NCBI GenBank assembly: GCA_963728915.1
Contig: CAVSLV010000003.1
Location: forward strand, 160,001-224,000
Length of the DNA: 64,000 bases
Direction: 5' to 3'
Origin: an uncultured Gemmatimonadales bacterium
Lineage (GTDB): Bacteria > Gemmatimonadota > Gemmatimonadetes > Gemmatimonadales > GWC2-71-9
Shown here: positions 49,239 through 59,237 of the stretch, one piece after another
How positions within the stretch are numbered: position 1 is the stretch's first letter
Layout of the letters: each line of letters starts with the position of its first letter
Program-made: the position numbers and the translations under genes
The notes under the pieces: model-generated
Databases searched by the model: none
Seen by the model: only the letters and a program-made list of their open reading frames with translations
Told to the model about the DNA's origin: nothing

Positions 49239-51308
49239 ATGGCCGCCGTCAAACATCCCCTGTTCTACGGCCCGATCGTGCGCCGGGCCATCCGCGACGC
49301 GGTCGCCAAGCTCGACCCGCGTCACATGATGCGGAACCCGGTGATGTTCGTGGTGCTGGTCGGCGCCGCGATCACCACCCTGGTGCTGGCCGGAGACATC
49401 GCCGGCGGCCGGGGTAACCTCGGGTTCACCCTCCAGATTACGCTCTGGCTCTGGTTCACCGTCCTCTTTGCCAACTTTGCCGAGGCGATGGCGGAGGGGC
49501 GTGGCAAGGCGCAGGCGGACGCCTTGCGAGCGGCGCGGCTCACCACTCGCGCCAAGCGGCTGGCCCGACCGGATGATCACCTCGAATTCACCATGGTGGC
49601 CGCGACCGAGCTCAAGAGCGGCCAGTATGTGCTGATCACCGCCGGCGAGCTGATCCCGGCCGACGGTGAAGTCGTCGAGGGCGTCGCGTCGGTGGACGAA
49701 TCGGCCATTACGGGCGAGTCGGCCCCGGTGATCCGGGAATCGGGCGGCGACCGTTCCGCGGTAACCGGCGGCACCAAAGTGCTCTCGGACTGGATCGTCA
49801 TGCGGGTGACCTCGGAACCCGGTTCCACCTTTGTGGACCGGATGATCGCGCTGGTGGAAGGCGCGGTGCGGCAGAAGACTCCCAACGAGATCGCGCTGAC
49901 CATTCTGCTCGCCGGGTTGACCATCATCTTCCTGGCTGCGGTGGTCACCCTCAAGCCCTTCGCGATCTACAGCGGGGGCGACGCCACGGTCCCGGTGCTG
50001 GTGGCGCTCCTGGTCTGCCTCATCCCCACCACGATCGGTGGCCTCCTTTCCGCGATCGGCATCGCGGGCATGGACCGGCTGGTGCAGCACAACGTCATCG
50101 CGGTGAGCGGCCGGGCGGTCGAAGCGGCGGGAGACGTGGACACCCTGCTGCTCGACAAGACCGGCACCATCACGCTGGGCAACCGGCAGGCGGTGGAATT
50201 CCTGCCGGTCGGCGGGGCCAGCCTCGAGGAGCTGGCCGACCGGGCCCAGCTCTCCTCGCTGCCCGACGAGACTCCCGAAGGGCGCAGCATCGTGGTGCTC
50301 GCCAAGAATCAGTTCGGGCTCCGGGCCCGCAGCACTGCGGGCGACGAGCATCACGCGGCGTTGACGTTCGTTCCCTTCTCCGCCGCGACGCGGATGAGCG
50401 GCGTCAACATCGGGCCCCGCCAGATCCGGAAAGGGGCCGCCGACGCGGTGGCCCGATGGGTTCGTGAATCGGGAGCCGACTGGCCCCAGGATATCGAATT
50501 GAAGGTGGAGGGCATCGCGCGGCAGGGCGGCACTCCATTGGTGGTGGCGGAGCGGGAGAACGGGCGCTCCCGGGTGTACGGCGCGGTGCATCTCAAGGAC
50601 ATCGTCAAGGGCGGCATCAAGGAACGGTTCGATCACCTGCGGACGATGGGGATCCGCACCGTGATGATTACGGGCGATAACCCGCTCACCGCGGCCGCGA
50701 TCGCCGCCGAGGCGGGGGTGGACGATTTCCTGGCCCAGGCGACGCCGGAGCAGAAGCTCGAGCTGATCCGGAAGGAACAGGCGGGCGGACGGCTGGTCGC
50801 GATGACCGGTGACGGGACCAACGATGCGCCGGCCCTGGCCCAGGCGGACGTGGGAGTGGCGATGAACTCCGGCACCCAGGCCGCCCGGGAAGCCGGCAAC
50901 ATGGTGGATCTGGATTCGAACCCTACCAAGCTCATCGAAATCGTGGAGATCGGGAAGCAGCTCCTGATGACCCGGGGCTCCCTCACCACCTTCTCGATCG
51001 CCAACGACGTGGCCAAGTACTTCGCCATCATCCCGGCGATGTTCCTGGCGACCTATCCCGAGCTGGGCGCGCTCAACATCATGAAGCTCAAGTCGCCCCA
51101 GTCGGCGATCCTGAGCGCGGTGGTGTTCAACGCGCTCATCATCATCGCCCTGATACCCCTGGCGCTCCGCGGGGTGCGCTACCGACCCGCTCCGGCGAGT
51201 GCGATTCTCCGGCGCAATCTGTTCGTGTACGGCTTCGGCGGAATCCTGGTGCCCTTCGCCGGCATCAAGCTGATCGATCTCGTTCTCAACGCTATCGGGC
51301 TGGTCTAA
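49239..51308 (+). CDS. kdpB: K+-transporting ATPase subunit B
   Basis: TGES, LIPTTIG, DKTGT, KGA, GDGTND. Confidence 0.97.
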   Translation: MAAVKHPLFYGPIVRRAIRDAVAKLDPRHMMRNPVMFVVLVGAAITTLVLAGDIAGGRGNLGFTLQITLWLWFTVLFANFAEAMAEGRGKAQADALRAARLTTRAKRLARPDDHLEFTMVAATELKSGQYVLITAGELIPADGEVVEGVASVDESAITGESAPVIRESGGDRSAVTGGTKVLSDWIVMRVTSEPGSTFVDRMIALVEGAVRQKTPNEIALTILLAGLTIIFLAAVVTLKPFAIYSGGDATVPVLVALLVCLIPTTIGGLLSAIGIAGMDRLVQHNVIAVSGRAVEAAGDVDTLLLDKTGTITLGNRQAVEFLPVGGASLEELADRAQLSSLPDETPEGRSIVVLAKNQFGLRARSTAGDEHHAALTFVPFSAATRMSGVNIGPRQIRKGAADAVARWVRESGADWPQDIELKVEGIARQGGTPLVVAERENGRSRVYGAVHLKDIVKGGIKERFDHLRTMGIRTVMITGDNPLTAAAIAAEAGVDDFLAQATPEQKLELIRKEQAGGRLVAMTGDGTNDAPALAQADVGVAMNSGTQAAREAGNMVDLDSNPTKLIEIVEIGKQLLMTRGSLTTFSIANDVAKYFAIIPAMFLATYPELGALNIMKLKSPQSAILSAVVFNALIIIALIPLALRGVRYRPAPASAILRRNLFVYGFGGILVPFAGIKLIDLVLNAIGLV

Positions 51309-51310
51309 TC

Positions 51311-51889
51311 ATGACGCGCAATCTCTGGCGCCCCGCCATCGTCCTCACCCTGCTCCTCTGCCTGCTCACCGGGTTCGCCTATCCGGGTCTGGTCACGGCG
51401 ATCGCCCAGGTCGTGTTTCCCCGGCAGGCCAACGGCTCCCTGATCGAGCGAAACGGCCAGGTGGTGGGCAGCGAGCTGATCGGGCAGCCCTTCGCCGGCG
51501 CGCAATACTTCCATGGCCGCCCCTCGGCGACCGGCTACAACGCCGCGGCCTCGGCCGCGAGCAACAAGGGTCCGACCGACCTCAAGCTGGCCGACACGCT
51601 CATCGCGCAGGCGGTAGACAGTGAGATGAGACTCGACGGCGTGCCACGCGGCAAGGTGCCCGCGGACCTCGCGACCGGCTCGGGGTCGGGGCTCGACCCC
51701 CACCTCTCTCCGGCGGCCGCCCTGGTGCAGGTCGCGCGAGTGGCGCGGGCTCGCGGTCTCTCCGAGGAGCAGGTTCGCGGGCTGGTCGCCCGCCATACCG
51801 AGGGCCGCACCCTCGGCCTGCTCGGGGAACCCCGGGTCAACGTGCTGCTCTTGAATCTGGCGCTCGATAGCCTCGCGAAGGGTCGCTGA
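51311..51889 (+). CDS. kdpC: K+-transporting ATPase subunit C
   Basis: QANGSL, YFHGRPSA, SGSGLDPH, VNVLLLNLALD. Confidence 0.96.
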   Translation: MTRNLWRPAIVLTLLLCLLTGFAYPGLVTAIAQVVFPRQANGSLIERNGQVVGSELIGQPFAGAQYFHGRPSATGYNAAASAASNKGPTDLKLADTLIAQAVDSEMRLDGVPRGKVPADLATGSGSGLDPHLSPAAALVQVARVARARGLSEEQVRGLVARHTEGRTLGLLGEPRVNVLLLNLALDSLAKGR

Positions 51890-51891
51890 CC

Positions 51892-52989
51892 ATGCGAATG
51901 TTCGTATTTCTCGCCGGCGGGATGCTGCTGACGGCACCACTATCAGCCCAGGATTCCACCGGGAACGGGGTCAGGATCTCGGGCTATGTGACGGCGTCGT
52001 ATTTCTACGCCAGCCAGCCGGATGGGACCCGCATCACGGGCCGCCTGTACGACCGGTTCCATGACCAGGTGATCCTCAATGCCGCGCGGGTTACGTTCGC
52101 ACGAATGCCGGCCGCGGACAAGCTGGATGCCGGATTCCAGGCGGACCTGCTGTTCGGGCAGAACGCACCCCAAATTCGGTCGGCCGGACTCTTGCTGGGC
52201 GACCACGCCGACCTGCCCCAGGCCTTCGTCAGTTTCAACGTGCCGATGCGCTCCGGAGGTTACCTCCGCTTCTCGGCCGGCAAGCGCTGGACCATGATGG
52301 ACGTCGAGTACGTTGACGAGATCCTGAATCCCAATTTCTCGCATGGGTACGCGTACATCTACGCCAGCAACTTCACCGACACCGGCGTGAGCCTCGACGC
52401 GCACTTCTCCGGCAAGGCGGAGCTGGGCCTGCGGGTGATCAACGGCTGGGATGTGGTGGAAGACAACAACACCCGGAAGTCGTTCATGGGGCGACTGGCG
52501 CTCACCCCTTCCGATCGGGTCGGGCTGTCCTTCCTCGGCTATTTCGGCCCCGAACAGCAGAAAAATGGCAGCGATAACCGGTACGGCGGGCAGTTCGTCG
52601 GGACGTTCAAGCCGATCTCCAAGGCTACGGTCTATACCGAGCTCGACCTGGGGGCTGAGGAGGGCCTCGGGGCGAACGGCGGAAAGGCGACCTGGTGGAC
52701 CGCGGGCCTCTGGGGCGTGCTCGATCTATCCCCAAAGGCGGCTCTTGCTCTGCGGGGCGAGTATTTCGGTGACAAAGACGGAGTGCGCACCTCCGGAGTC
52801 TTCGGCTTCCCGGTCGCCCCCAACCGGAAGCTGGCCAGCGGAACGGCGACCTTGAACCTGAAGACCTGGGATCATGCGCTGCTTCGGCCCGAGGTCCGGG
52901 TCGAGCACTCCAATCAGAGGGATTTCGGGGAGACGACCAGGAAGCAGAACCAGGTCACGGTCGGGCTCGCGGTATCGTTCATCTTCTGA
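51892..52989 (+). CDS. Outer-membrane beta-barrel porin (BBP2/DUF1597-like)
   Basis: Signal peptide; NGWDVVEDNN, LRGEYF, RPEVR; terminal Phe. Confidence 0.8.
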   Translation: MRMFVFLAGGMLLTAPLSAQDSTGNGVRISGYVTASYFYASQPDGTRITGRLYDRFHDQVILNAARVTFARMPAADKLDAGFQADLLFGQNAPQIRSAGLLLGDHADLPQAFVSFNVPMRSGGYLRFSAGKRWTMMDVEYVDEILNPNFSHGYAYIYASNFTDTGVSLDAHFSGKAELGLRVINGWDVVEDNNTRKSFMGRLALTPSDRVGLSFLGYFGPEQQKNGSDNRYGGQFVGTFKPISKATVYTELDLGAEEGLGANGGKATWWTAGLWGVLDLSPKAALALRGEYFGDKDGVRTSGVFGFPVAPNRKLASGTATLNLKTWDHALLRPEVRVEHSNQRDFGETTRKQNQVTVGLAVSFIF

Positions 52990-53028
52990 CATTTCGAGTT
53001 AGCTTCCCCGGATCCTCGCCCCGATCCC

Positions 53029-55734
53029 TTGACCGACAAGCGCCCCTCACCCGACGAGCTGCTCCGGCGCCTCCAGGAGGAAGAGACCCGGGCACAGCGC
53101 GGTCGTCTCAAGGTCTTCCTCGGCGCCTCTCCCGGCGTGGGGAAGACCTACACCATGCTGGAGATGGCGCGGGCGGCCCGGCAACAGGGTCTCGACGTCG
53201 CCATCGGCGTGGTCGAGACCCACGGCCGCCAGGAAACCGCGCGGTTGCTCGAAGGCCTCGAGACCCTCCCCCGCCGGGAGATCGAGTACCGGGGCACCTC
53301 CCTCAAGGAATTCGACCTCGACGGCGCCCTGCTCCGCCACCCCCATCTCCTGGTGCTCGATGAGCTGGCGCACACCAACGCGCCGGGCTCGCGGCACGAC
53401 AAGCGCTGGCAGGACGTGGACGAGCTGCTCGCCGCCGGCCTCAACGTCTACACCACCCTCAACGTCCAGCATCTCGAGAGCCTGAACGATGTGGTGGCCC
53501 AGATCACCGGGATCCGGGTTAGGGAAACCGTTCCGGATTCGGTGCTCGAGCGGGCCGACGAGGTGGAGCTGGTCGACCTCCCGCCCGACGAGCTGCTCCA
53601 GCGGATGCGGGAAGGCAAGGTGTACCTGCCCGAGGCCGCGGGGCGCGCCCTCGACCGGTTCTTCCGCAAGGGCAACCTGATCGCGCTGCGCGAAATCGCG
53701 CTCCGCCGGACCGCGGAGCGGGTCGATGCCCAGATGCGCGGCTATATGGCGGAACAGGGGATTCGGGAGACCTGGCCGGCCACGGAACGGGTCCTGGTCT
53801 GCGTCGGGGCGGGCGCCGATGCGGCGCGGGTGGTGCGAGCCGGCAAGCGGATCGCGGAGCGGCTCGGCACCGGATGGACGGTGGCCCACGTGGAGCGTCC
53901 CGGGGTCCGCGCTCCCGACCGCGCCTCCCAGCTGGGGCAGACTCTGGCGGTTGCCGAGCGCCTCGGCGCCGAGGTGATCACCCTGAGCGGGCTCGATCCG
54001 GTGCAGGAGATCCTGGCCTGGGCCAAGGCGCGCAACGTCACGCGCCTCGTGGTCGGCAAACCGGCGATGCGTCGCTGGGCGCTGCTCCGGAAGAGCATGG
54101 TCGATGGATTGGTGCGCGGCAGCGAGGGGATCGACATCCACGTGGTGACGGGTGAGCCGGACCGGATCGAACAACCCGCCTCGCGGCCGGCCACCGCTCG
54201 CAGTCCGCTCCGGGAGTACGCGGCGGCGGCGCTGGTGCCCGCGCTGATTACCGCGGTCTCGGCCGCGCTGCGCGGATTCTCCCTCGCCTCGGCCGATTTC
54301 GCGATGCTCTACCTCCTAGGTGTCGTCTTCGTGGCGTCGCGGCGGGCCCGGGGTCCCAGTGTGGCTGCCTCCGCGCTCAGCATCGCCCTGTTCGATTTCT
54401 TCTTCGTGCAGCCCTACTACACGTTCTCGGTGACCGATGCGCGTTATGTGCTGACCTTCGCCGTCATGCTCCTGGTCGCCCTGGTCATGGGCGACCTGAC
54501 CGGGCGGGTGCGGAGTCAGGCCGAGGCGGCCCGGGAGCGGGAGCGCTACACCGCGACCCTGTATGGGTTCAGCAAGGAGCTCGCGGCGGCCCGGATGCGG
54601 GCCGACCTGGCCCGGGTCACCCTGCAGCATCTCCAGGCGCTGTTCGGCGGCGCGGTCACCCTGCTGCTCCCGGAAGCAGGCGGGGTGCTGACCCGGGTCG
54701 CCTGGCTGCCGGAGCACGAGACCAGCGAGAAAGAGCTGAGCGTGGCGCGCTGGGTGTTTGCGCACGGGCAGCCGGCCGGGCTCGGAACATCGACGCTACC
54801 GGCCGCGGAAGCGTTGTACCTCCCGCTGACCGCCGGCGACCAGGGCCGACGACTGGGCGTCATCGGCTTGCGACCCGAGCCACCCGACCGATTCGGTAAC
54901 CCGGCACAGCGCCGCTTGCTCGAGAGCATGGTGGATCAGGCGGGCGTGGCGCTGGAGCGAAGCGACCTGGCCGACGCGGCTCGGCGCGCCCACATGGAAG
55001 CGGAAGCGGAGCGGCTCCGGATTTCGCTGCTGACCTCTCTTTCTCACGATATGCGCACGCCGCTCGGGGCGATTCAGGGGGCCGCGAGCGCCCTGCTCAG
55101 CGAAGGGCCGCTTGCGGTCGCGACGCCGGAGCAGCGCGATCTCGCCGATACCATTCTCGAGGAATCCCGCCGGATGGACCGGCTGGTGAGAAACCTGCTC
55201 GACATGATTCGTCTGGAGACCGGCGCCCTGACCGTGCAGCGCGAGTGGCAGGTGCTCTCCGACATCGTCGGCGTCGGGTTGATCCGGCTGAGTCCGCGGC
55301 TTCGGGACCACCCGGTGAAGGTTGAGATCCCCGCCGACCTCCCGCTGGTCCCGGTGGATGACGTCCTGCTGGAGCAGGTGCTGGTGAACCTGGTGGAGAA
55401 CGCCGCCAAACACACCGCTCCGGGGACTCCCATCGAAATCGGTGCGCGAGCCCGGGAGAATGCGGTGGATGTATGGGTGGCGGACCGGGGCGCTGGGCTC
55501 CCTCCCGGACGGGAAGAAGAGATGTTCGAGAAGTTCAAGCGGGGTGGCAGCACCAGCGCGGGGGTCGGACTCGGACTGACTATCGTCCGCGGCATCGTGA
55601 AGGCCCACGGCGGAACCATCGCGGCCGCGAACCGAGAGGGCGGAGGCGCGATCTTCACCGTGACCCTGCCAATCGTCGGCAAACCCCCGGCCCCTCCGGT
55701 GGAAGCGGGCAAACCGGCTCCTCAGAGCGCATGA
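53029..55734 (+). CDS. kdpD: Sensor histidine kinase KdpD
   Basis: GASPGVGKT, DELAHTN, USP domain, four TM helices, GAF, SHDMRTPL, ENAAKH, GLGL. Confidence 0.96.
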   Translation: MTDKRPSPDELLRRLQEEETRAQRGRLKVFLGASPGVGKTYTMLEMARAARQQGLDVAIGVVETHGRQETARLLEGLETLPRREIEYRGTSLKEFDLDGALLRHPHLLVLDELAHTNAPGSRHDKRWQDVDELLAAGLNVYTTLNVQHLESLNDVVAQITGIRVRETVPDSVLERADEVELVDLPPDELLQRMREGKVYLPEAAGRALDRFFRKGNLIALREIALRRTAERVDAQMRGYMAEQGIRETWPATERVLVCVGAGADAARVVRAGKRIAERLGTGWTVAHVERPGVRAPDRASQLGQTLAVAERLGAEVITLSGLDPVQEILAWAKARNVTRLVVGKPAMRRWALLRKSMVDGLVRGSEGIDIHVVTGEPDRIEQPASRPATARSPLREYAAAALVPALITAVSAALRGFSLASADFAMLYLLGVVFVASRRARGPSVAASALSIALFDFFFVQPYYTFSVTDARYVLTFAVMLLVALVMGDLTGRVRSQAEAARERERYTATLYGFSKELAAARMRADLARVTLQHLQALFGGAVTLLLPEAGGVLTRVAWLPEHETSEKELSVARWVFAHGQPAGLGTSTLPAAEALYLPLTAGDQGRRLGVIGLRPEPPDRFGNPAQRRLLESMVDQAGVALERSDLADAARRAHMEAEAERLRISLLTSLSHDMRTPLGAIQGAASALLSEGPLAVATPEQRDLADTILEESRRMDRLVRNLLDMIRLETGALTVQREWQVLSDIVGVGLIRLSPRLRDHPVKVEIPADLPLVPVDDVLLEQVLVNLVENAAKHTAPGTPIEIGARARENAVDVWVADRGAGLPPGREEEMFEKFKRGGSTSAGVGLGLTIVRGIVKAHGGTIAAANREGGGAIFTVTLPIVGKPPAPPVEAGKPAPQSA

Positions 55735-56432
55735 GCACTGGAACGCCCCCCACCATTCTGCTGATCGAGGACGAGCCGCCGATGCGCCGGTTCCTGCGGA
55801 CGGCCCTCGAGGGCGATGGGTTCCACCTGGTCGAGGCAGAATCGGGACGCGAAGGCCTGCGTCAGGCGGCGGGACGAAAGCCCGACGTGATTCTCCTCGA
55901 TCTCGGCCTGCCTGATCTCGATGGGTTGGAAGTGACCCGCCGGCTCCGGGAATGGAGCACGGTTCCGGTGATCGTGATCTCCGCCCGGGGACAGGAGGCG
56001 GACAAGGTGGCGGCACTCGACGCCGGCGCCGACGATTATCTCACCAAGCCATTCGGCGTGGACGAGCTCATGGCGCGGATCCGGGTCGCGCTGCGGCATC
56101 AGTCTCGGGTGCCTGGACAACCGGAACCGGTCTTCGAGAGCCACGGTGTGCGGGTCGACCTGGGTGACCGTCGAGTGACCCGGAACGGTCAGGAGGTTCG
56201 GCTCACACCCACCGAGTACCGGCTCCTGGCTGCAATGGTGCGCCACGCCGGCAAGGTCCTCACCCATCGGCAGCTGCTCAAGGAGGTCTGGGGCCAGGGT
56301 GGCGAGGCGCAGAGTCATTATCTGCGGGTCTACGTCAATCAGCTCCGCCAGAAGCTCGAGCGGGACCCGGCGCGTCCCGACCTGATCCGGACCGAGCTCG
56401 GCGTCGGCTACCGCCTGATCGGCGAACCCTAG
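55731..56432 (+). CDS. kdpE: Response regulator KdpE
   Basis: LDLGLPD, GADDYLTKPF, YLRVYVNQLRQK. Confidence 0.95.
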   Translation: MSTGTPPTILLIEDEPPMRRFLRTALEGDGFHLVEAESGREGLRQAAGRKPDVILLDLGLPDLDGLEVTRRLREWSTVPVIVISARGQEADKVAALDAGADDYLTKPFGVDELMARIRVALRHQSRVPGQPEPVFESHGVRVDLGDRRVTRNGQEVRLTPTEYRLLAAMVRHAGKVLTHRQLLKEVWGQGGEAQSHYLRVYVNQLRQKLERDPARPDLIRTELGVGYRLIGEP

Positions 56433-56486
56433 CGTCCCCACCCTCTTATCTTCCTGCCCGCACCCCGCTTCAAAGGATCGCACCTC

Positions 56487-57872
56487 ATGACACGCCGACT
56501 CGCCCTCGCCGCCGGGTTATCGCTTGCCGCCGTCTCCCCTCTGTCGGCCCAGAAGCGTCCCGCCCCGAATCCAATTCAGCGGGAATACCAGGCTGTGGCC
56601 GACCGGATCATCGCCGCCGCGACCGCCGACAGCGCCGCATGGAACAAGCTCGCCGAGCTGACCGACACGTTCGGCAACCGGCTGAGCGGGAGTGATGCGC
56701 TGGAGCGGGCGATCGACTGGATCCTGGCACGCATGAAACAGGAAGGGCTCGAGAACGTGCGAGGTGAGCCGGTCATGGTGCCCCACTGGGTCCGGGGCGA
56801 GGAGCACGCCGAGCTGCGCCAGCCGCGCTACCAGAATCTCCCCATGCTCGGGCTCGGCGGCAGCATCTCCACTCCGCCCGGCGGCATCGAAGCCGAGGTC
56901 GTGGTGGTCACCAGCTTCGATGAGTTGAAGCGACGCGGCACCGCGGTGAAGGACAAGATCGTGCTCTTCGATGTGCCGTTCACCAACTACGGACAGACGG
57001 TGCAGTACCGCAGCAATGGCGCGAATGAAGCATCCCGGCTCGGCGCGGTGGCCTCGCTGATTCGTTCGGTTGGCCCGTTCGGACTGCGCACTCCCCATAC
57101 CGGCGCGATGGCCCCCTATGACACCACGGTGAAAGCGATTCCCGCCGCGGCGATCACGATGGAGGACGCCGCGATGCTGCACCGGATGCAGGACCGCGGA
57201 CAGCGGATCGTGGTGCGCCTCGAGATGTCGGCCCATACCCTGCCCGATGCGCCTTCTCGCAACGTGATCGGCGAGATCGTGGGCCGCGAGAAGCCCGATG
57301 AGGTGGTGGTATTCGGCGGCCACATCGACTCGTGGGACGTGGGCTTCGGGGCGATGGACGACGGGGGCGGGATGATGACCGCCTGGGAAGCGGTCCGCCT
57401 GCTCCAGAAGCTCGGGCTCCGGCCCCGGCGCACCATTCGCGCGGTCGGCTGGACCAACGAAGAGAATGGTGGCCGGGGCGGAGAGGGCTATCGCGACGCC
57501 CATCGCAATGAAATGGACAAGCACATCGCCGCGATCGAGTCCGACGGCGGGACCTTCAAATTCCGGGGCTTCGGGTTCAGCGGGGGCGATTCGGCCTATG
57601 CGATCGTCCGGCAGATCGGCAAGCTGCTCAAGCCACTTGGCGCCGACACCATCTTCAAGGGCGGCGGCGGGGCCGATATCGGCCCCATGATGCAGCTCGG
57701 CGTCCCGGGGATGTCGCACAACGTGGACGGCACCCGCTATTTCTGGTATCACCACACTCCCGCCGACAACGTCGACAAGATCGATCCGCGGGAGCTGGCC
57801 GAGAATGTGGCCGCGATGGCGATCATGGCGTACGTGCTCGCGGAGATGCCGCAGCCGTTGCCGAGGCGATGA
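56487..57872 (+). CDS. Secreted M28 carboxypeptidase Q-like peptidase
   Basis: FGNRLSGS, PHTG, GHIDSWD, AMDD, NEE, ESD, YHHT. Confidence 0.9.
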   Translation: MTRRLALAAGLSLAAVSPLSAQKRPAPNPIQREYQAVADRIIAAATADSAAWNKLAELTDTFGNRLSGSDALERAIDWILARMKQEGLENVRGEPVMVPHWVRGEEHAELRQPRYQNLPMLGLGGSISTPPGGIEAEVVVVTSFDELKRRGTAVKDKIVLFDVPFTNYGQTVQYRSNGANEASRLGAVASLIRSVGPFGLRTPHTGAMAPYDTTVKAIPAAAITMEDAAMLHRMQDRGQRIVVRLEMSAHTLPDAPSRNVIGEIVGREKPDEVVVFGGHIDSWDVGFGAMDDGGGMMTAWEAVRLLQKLGLRPRRTIRAVGWTNEENGGRGGEGYRDAHRNEMDKHIAAIESDGGTFKFRGFGFSGGDSAYAIVRQIGKLLKPLGADTIFKGGGGADIGPMMQLGVPGMSHNVDGTRYFWYHHTPADNVDKIDPRELAENVAAMAIMAYVLAEMPQPLPRR

Positions 57873-57879
57873 TGAAGTG

Positions 57880-57920
57880 GCTAGGGGTGAGGGGTTAGTA
57901 CCAAATCCCTAGCCCCTAGC
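57880..57920. repeat. Inverted heptamer arrays between convergent genes; probable terminator-like hairpin
   Basis: GCTAGGGGTGAGGGGTTAG...CCCTAGCCCCTAGC. Confidence 0.65.
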
Positions 57921-57944
57921 ATTTAGCTTCGCGACCACCCCGGA

Positions 57945-58682
57945 TCAGGCCGGCCCTCCCTTGCCATCAAGCAAGCCGGAAAGGGCGTCGAGCCGCTCGG
58001 TCCAGAACGTCTTGAAGCGCGTAGCCGAATCCTGATCGGGCAGCTTCGCGTGTTCGATGGCAACCTGGCTCTTTCGGGTCGCCTTCGACGTGAACCGTGC
58101 TTCCACCGTCGAACCGTCGGGCCAGTCGAGGCGAAGCACCTTGTTCGGCTGGCCGCTTCGCGCCGTGGCCTTCGATTCGCCCAGCCACCGTTTGCGGGTC
58201 GCGGGGGCGTGCCAGGCGCGATAGAGCTGCGAGACGGAAACGGGGTACGTCCTGCTCTTGTTGACCCGGAACGATCCGCCCCGCTGCTGGCCGCGAACCC
58301 TGAGACCCTTGATGCGTTCGTATCCCACCGTGACGGTCTGAGTCCACCAGTCGCCGGTGTTGTAATGCTTCCGAACGAACTCGGCGATCTGGCGATGGGG
58401 CCAGGTATAGGCCTGGTGGTAATCGAGCGCCTTCACCCAGTTCCCCCAGGTGCAGCCCGTCGTGGCCTTGATGGCGGCGTCGCTCATGCCCGCAAGGCGG
58501 GCATACTCTTGCGGGTTAGGAGATGATCCGGGCACGACGGGGATTGGGACGGCCCTTGTCCGCCCGTCCGCCTTTCCGCCTGTCCGTCTTGAGAGGAGTT
58601 TCGCGCGGGCGGTGGTGTACGATTCGCCCGTCTTGTGCATGCGCCCGCGAACCAGGCGCTTGAAGTCCTTGTCGGTCGGCAT
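57945..58682 (-). CDS. Hypothetical protein: basic N-terminal helix domain, DUF4287-like middle, SRPBCC-like C-terminus
   Basis: KRLVRGRMHKTGESYTTAR; ATTG..W..W; WW.Q.VTVGYE; IEHAKL...FWTERL; AAGGA SD. Confidence 0.75.
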   Translation of the reverse strand: MPTDKDFKRLVRGRMHKTGESYTTARAKLLSRRTGGKADGRTRAVPIPVVPGSSPNPQEYARLAGMSDAAIKATTGCTWGNWVKALDYHQAYTWPHRQIAEFVRKHYNTGDWWTQTVTVGYERIKGLRVRGQQRGGSFRVNKSRTYPVSVSQLYRAWHAPATRKRWLGESKATARSGQPNKVLRLDWPDGSTVEARFTSKATRKSQVAIEHAKLPDQDSATRFKTFWTERLDALSGLLDGKGGPA

Positions 58683-58712
58683 GTTCGGTCCTTTGGTCGG
58701 GCCGCGGGCACG

Positions 58713-58807
58713 CTCCCCAGCAGTGGCGCCTCGCAGCGTCGCCAAAGACCGTCACCTCGATCCGGGAGTCTGCCCCCCTTTGCCTCGCACGGGCCCCTGC
58801 TGGGGAG
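58713..58807 (-). ncRNA. Candidate structured cis-regulatory 5' leader RNA (unnamed)
   Basis: Perfect 11-bp closing stem CTCCCCAGCAG/CTGCTGGGGAG enclosing 73 nt with internal hairpins, ending 30 nt upstream of the start codon. Confidence 0.45.
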
Positions 58808-58819
58808 GAGTCGATGAGG

Positions 58820-59209
58820 TTAGGCGCGGATCAATCGCCGGAAATAGTATGGGAGCGGGGATCGGAAATCGCAAGAGAGGTACGGGGTGCTGGGCGGATT
58901 CACCCTGAGGTACACCAGCCAGCCCCGTCGCTCCTGCCAGGCCCGCTCGGTCCAGTCAAGCGCGGCCTCCCGATTGCCAAGGCCGATGAGCGGGACGACG
59001 TGGGGATGCACCAGCTCCGCGGCGATCCGGATTTCCCTGAGAAATCGGTCACTCCCGAGCGCAGAACCGAACTCCGGTGAGAGCACCTTGATCGCGACCT
59101 TGCGGCCGTGACGGAGGTCCTGAGCGAGGTAGACGGTCGCCATTCCCCCATGCCTCACCACGCTCTCCAGGACGTAGTCCGGAGAAACCGACGGAAGGGA
59201 GTCCCTCAC
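58820..59209 (-). pseudogene. Internally deleted Ser/Thr kinase-TPR gene remnant
   Basis: Kinase N-lobe (GGMATVYLA, VAIKVL, RFLREI, HPHVVPL) joined directly to a TPR-tail-like segment (GLGNREAALDWTERAWQER); no HRD or DFG motif. Confidence 0.75.
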
Positions 59210-59231
59210 ACCTCACACCTCACCCCTCGCA
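59204..59231. repeat. Heptamer tandem array (CCTCACA)n
   Basis: CCTCACA CCTCACA CCTCACC CCTCGCA. Confidence 0.65.
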
Positions 59232-59237
59232 GCTACA

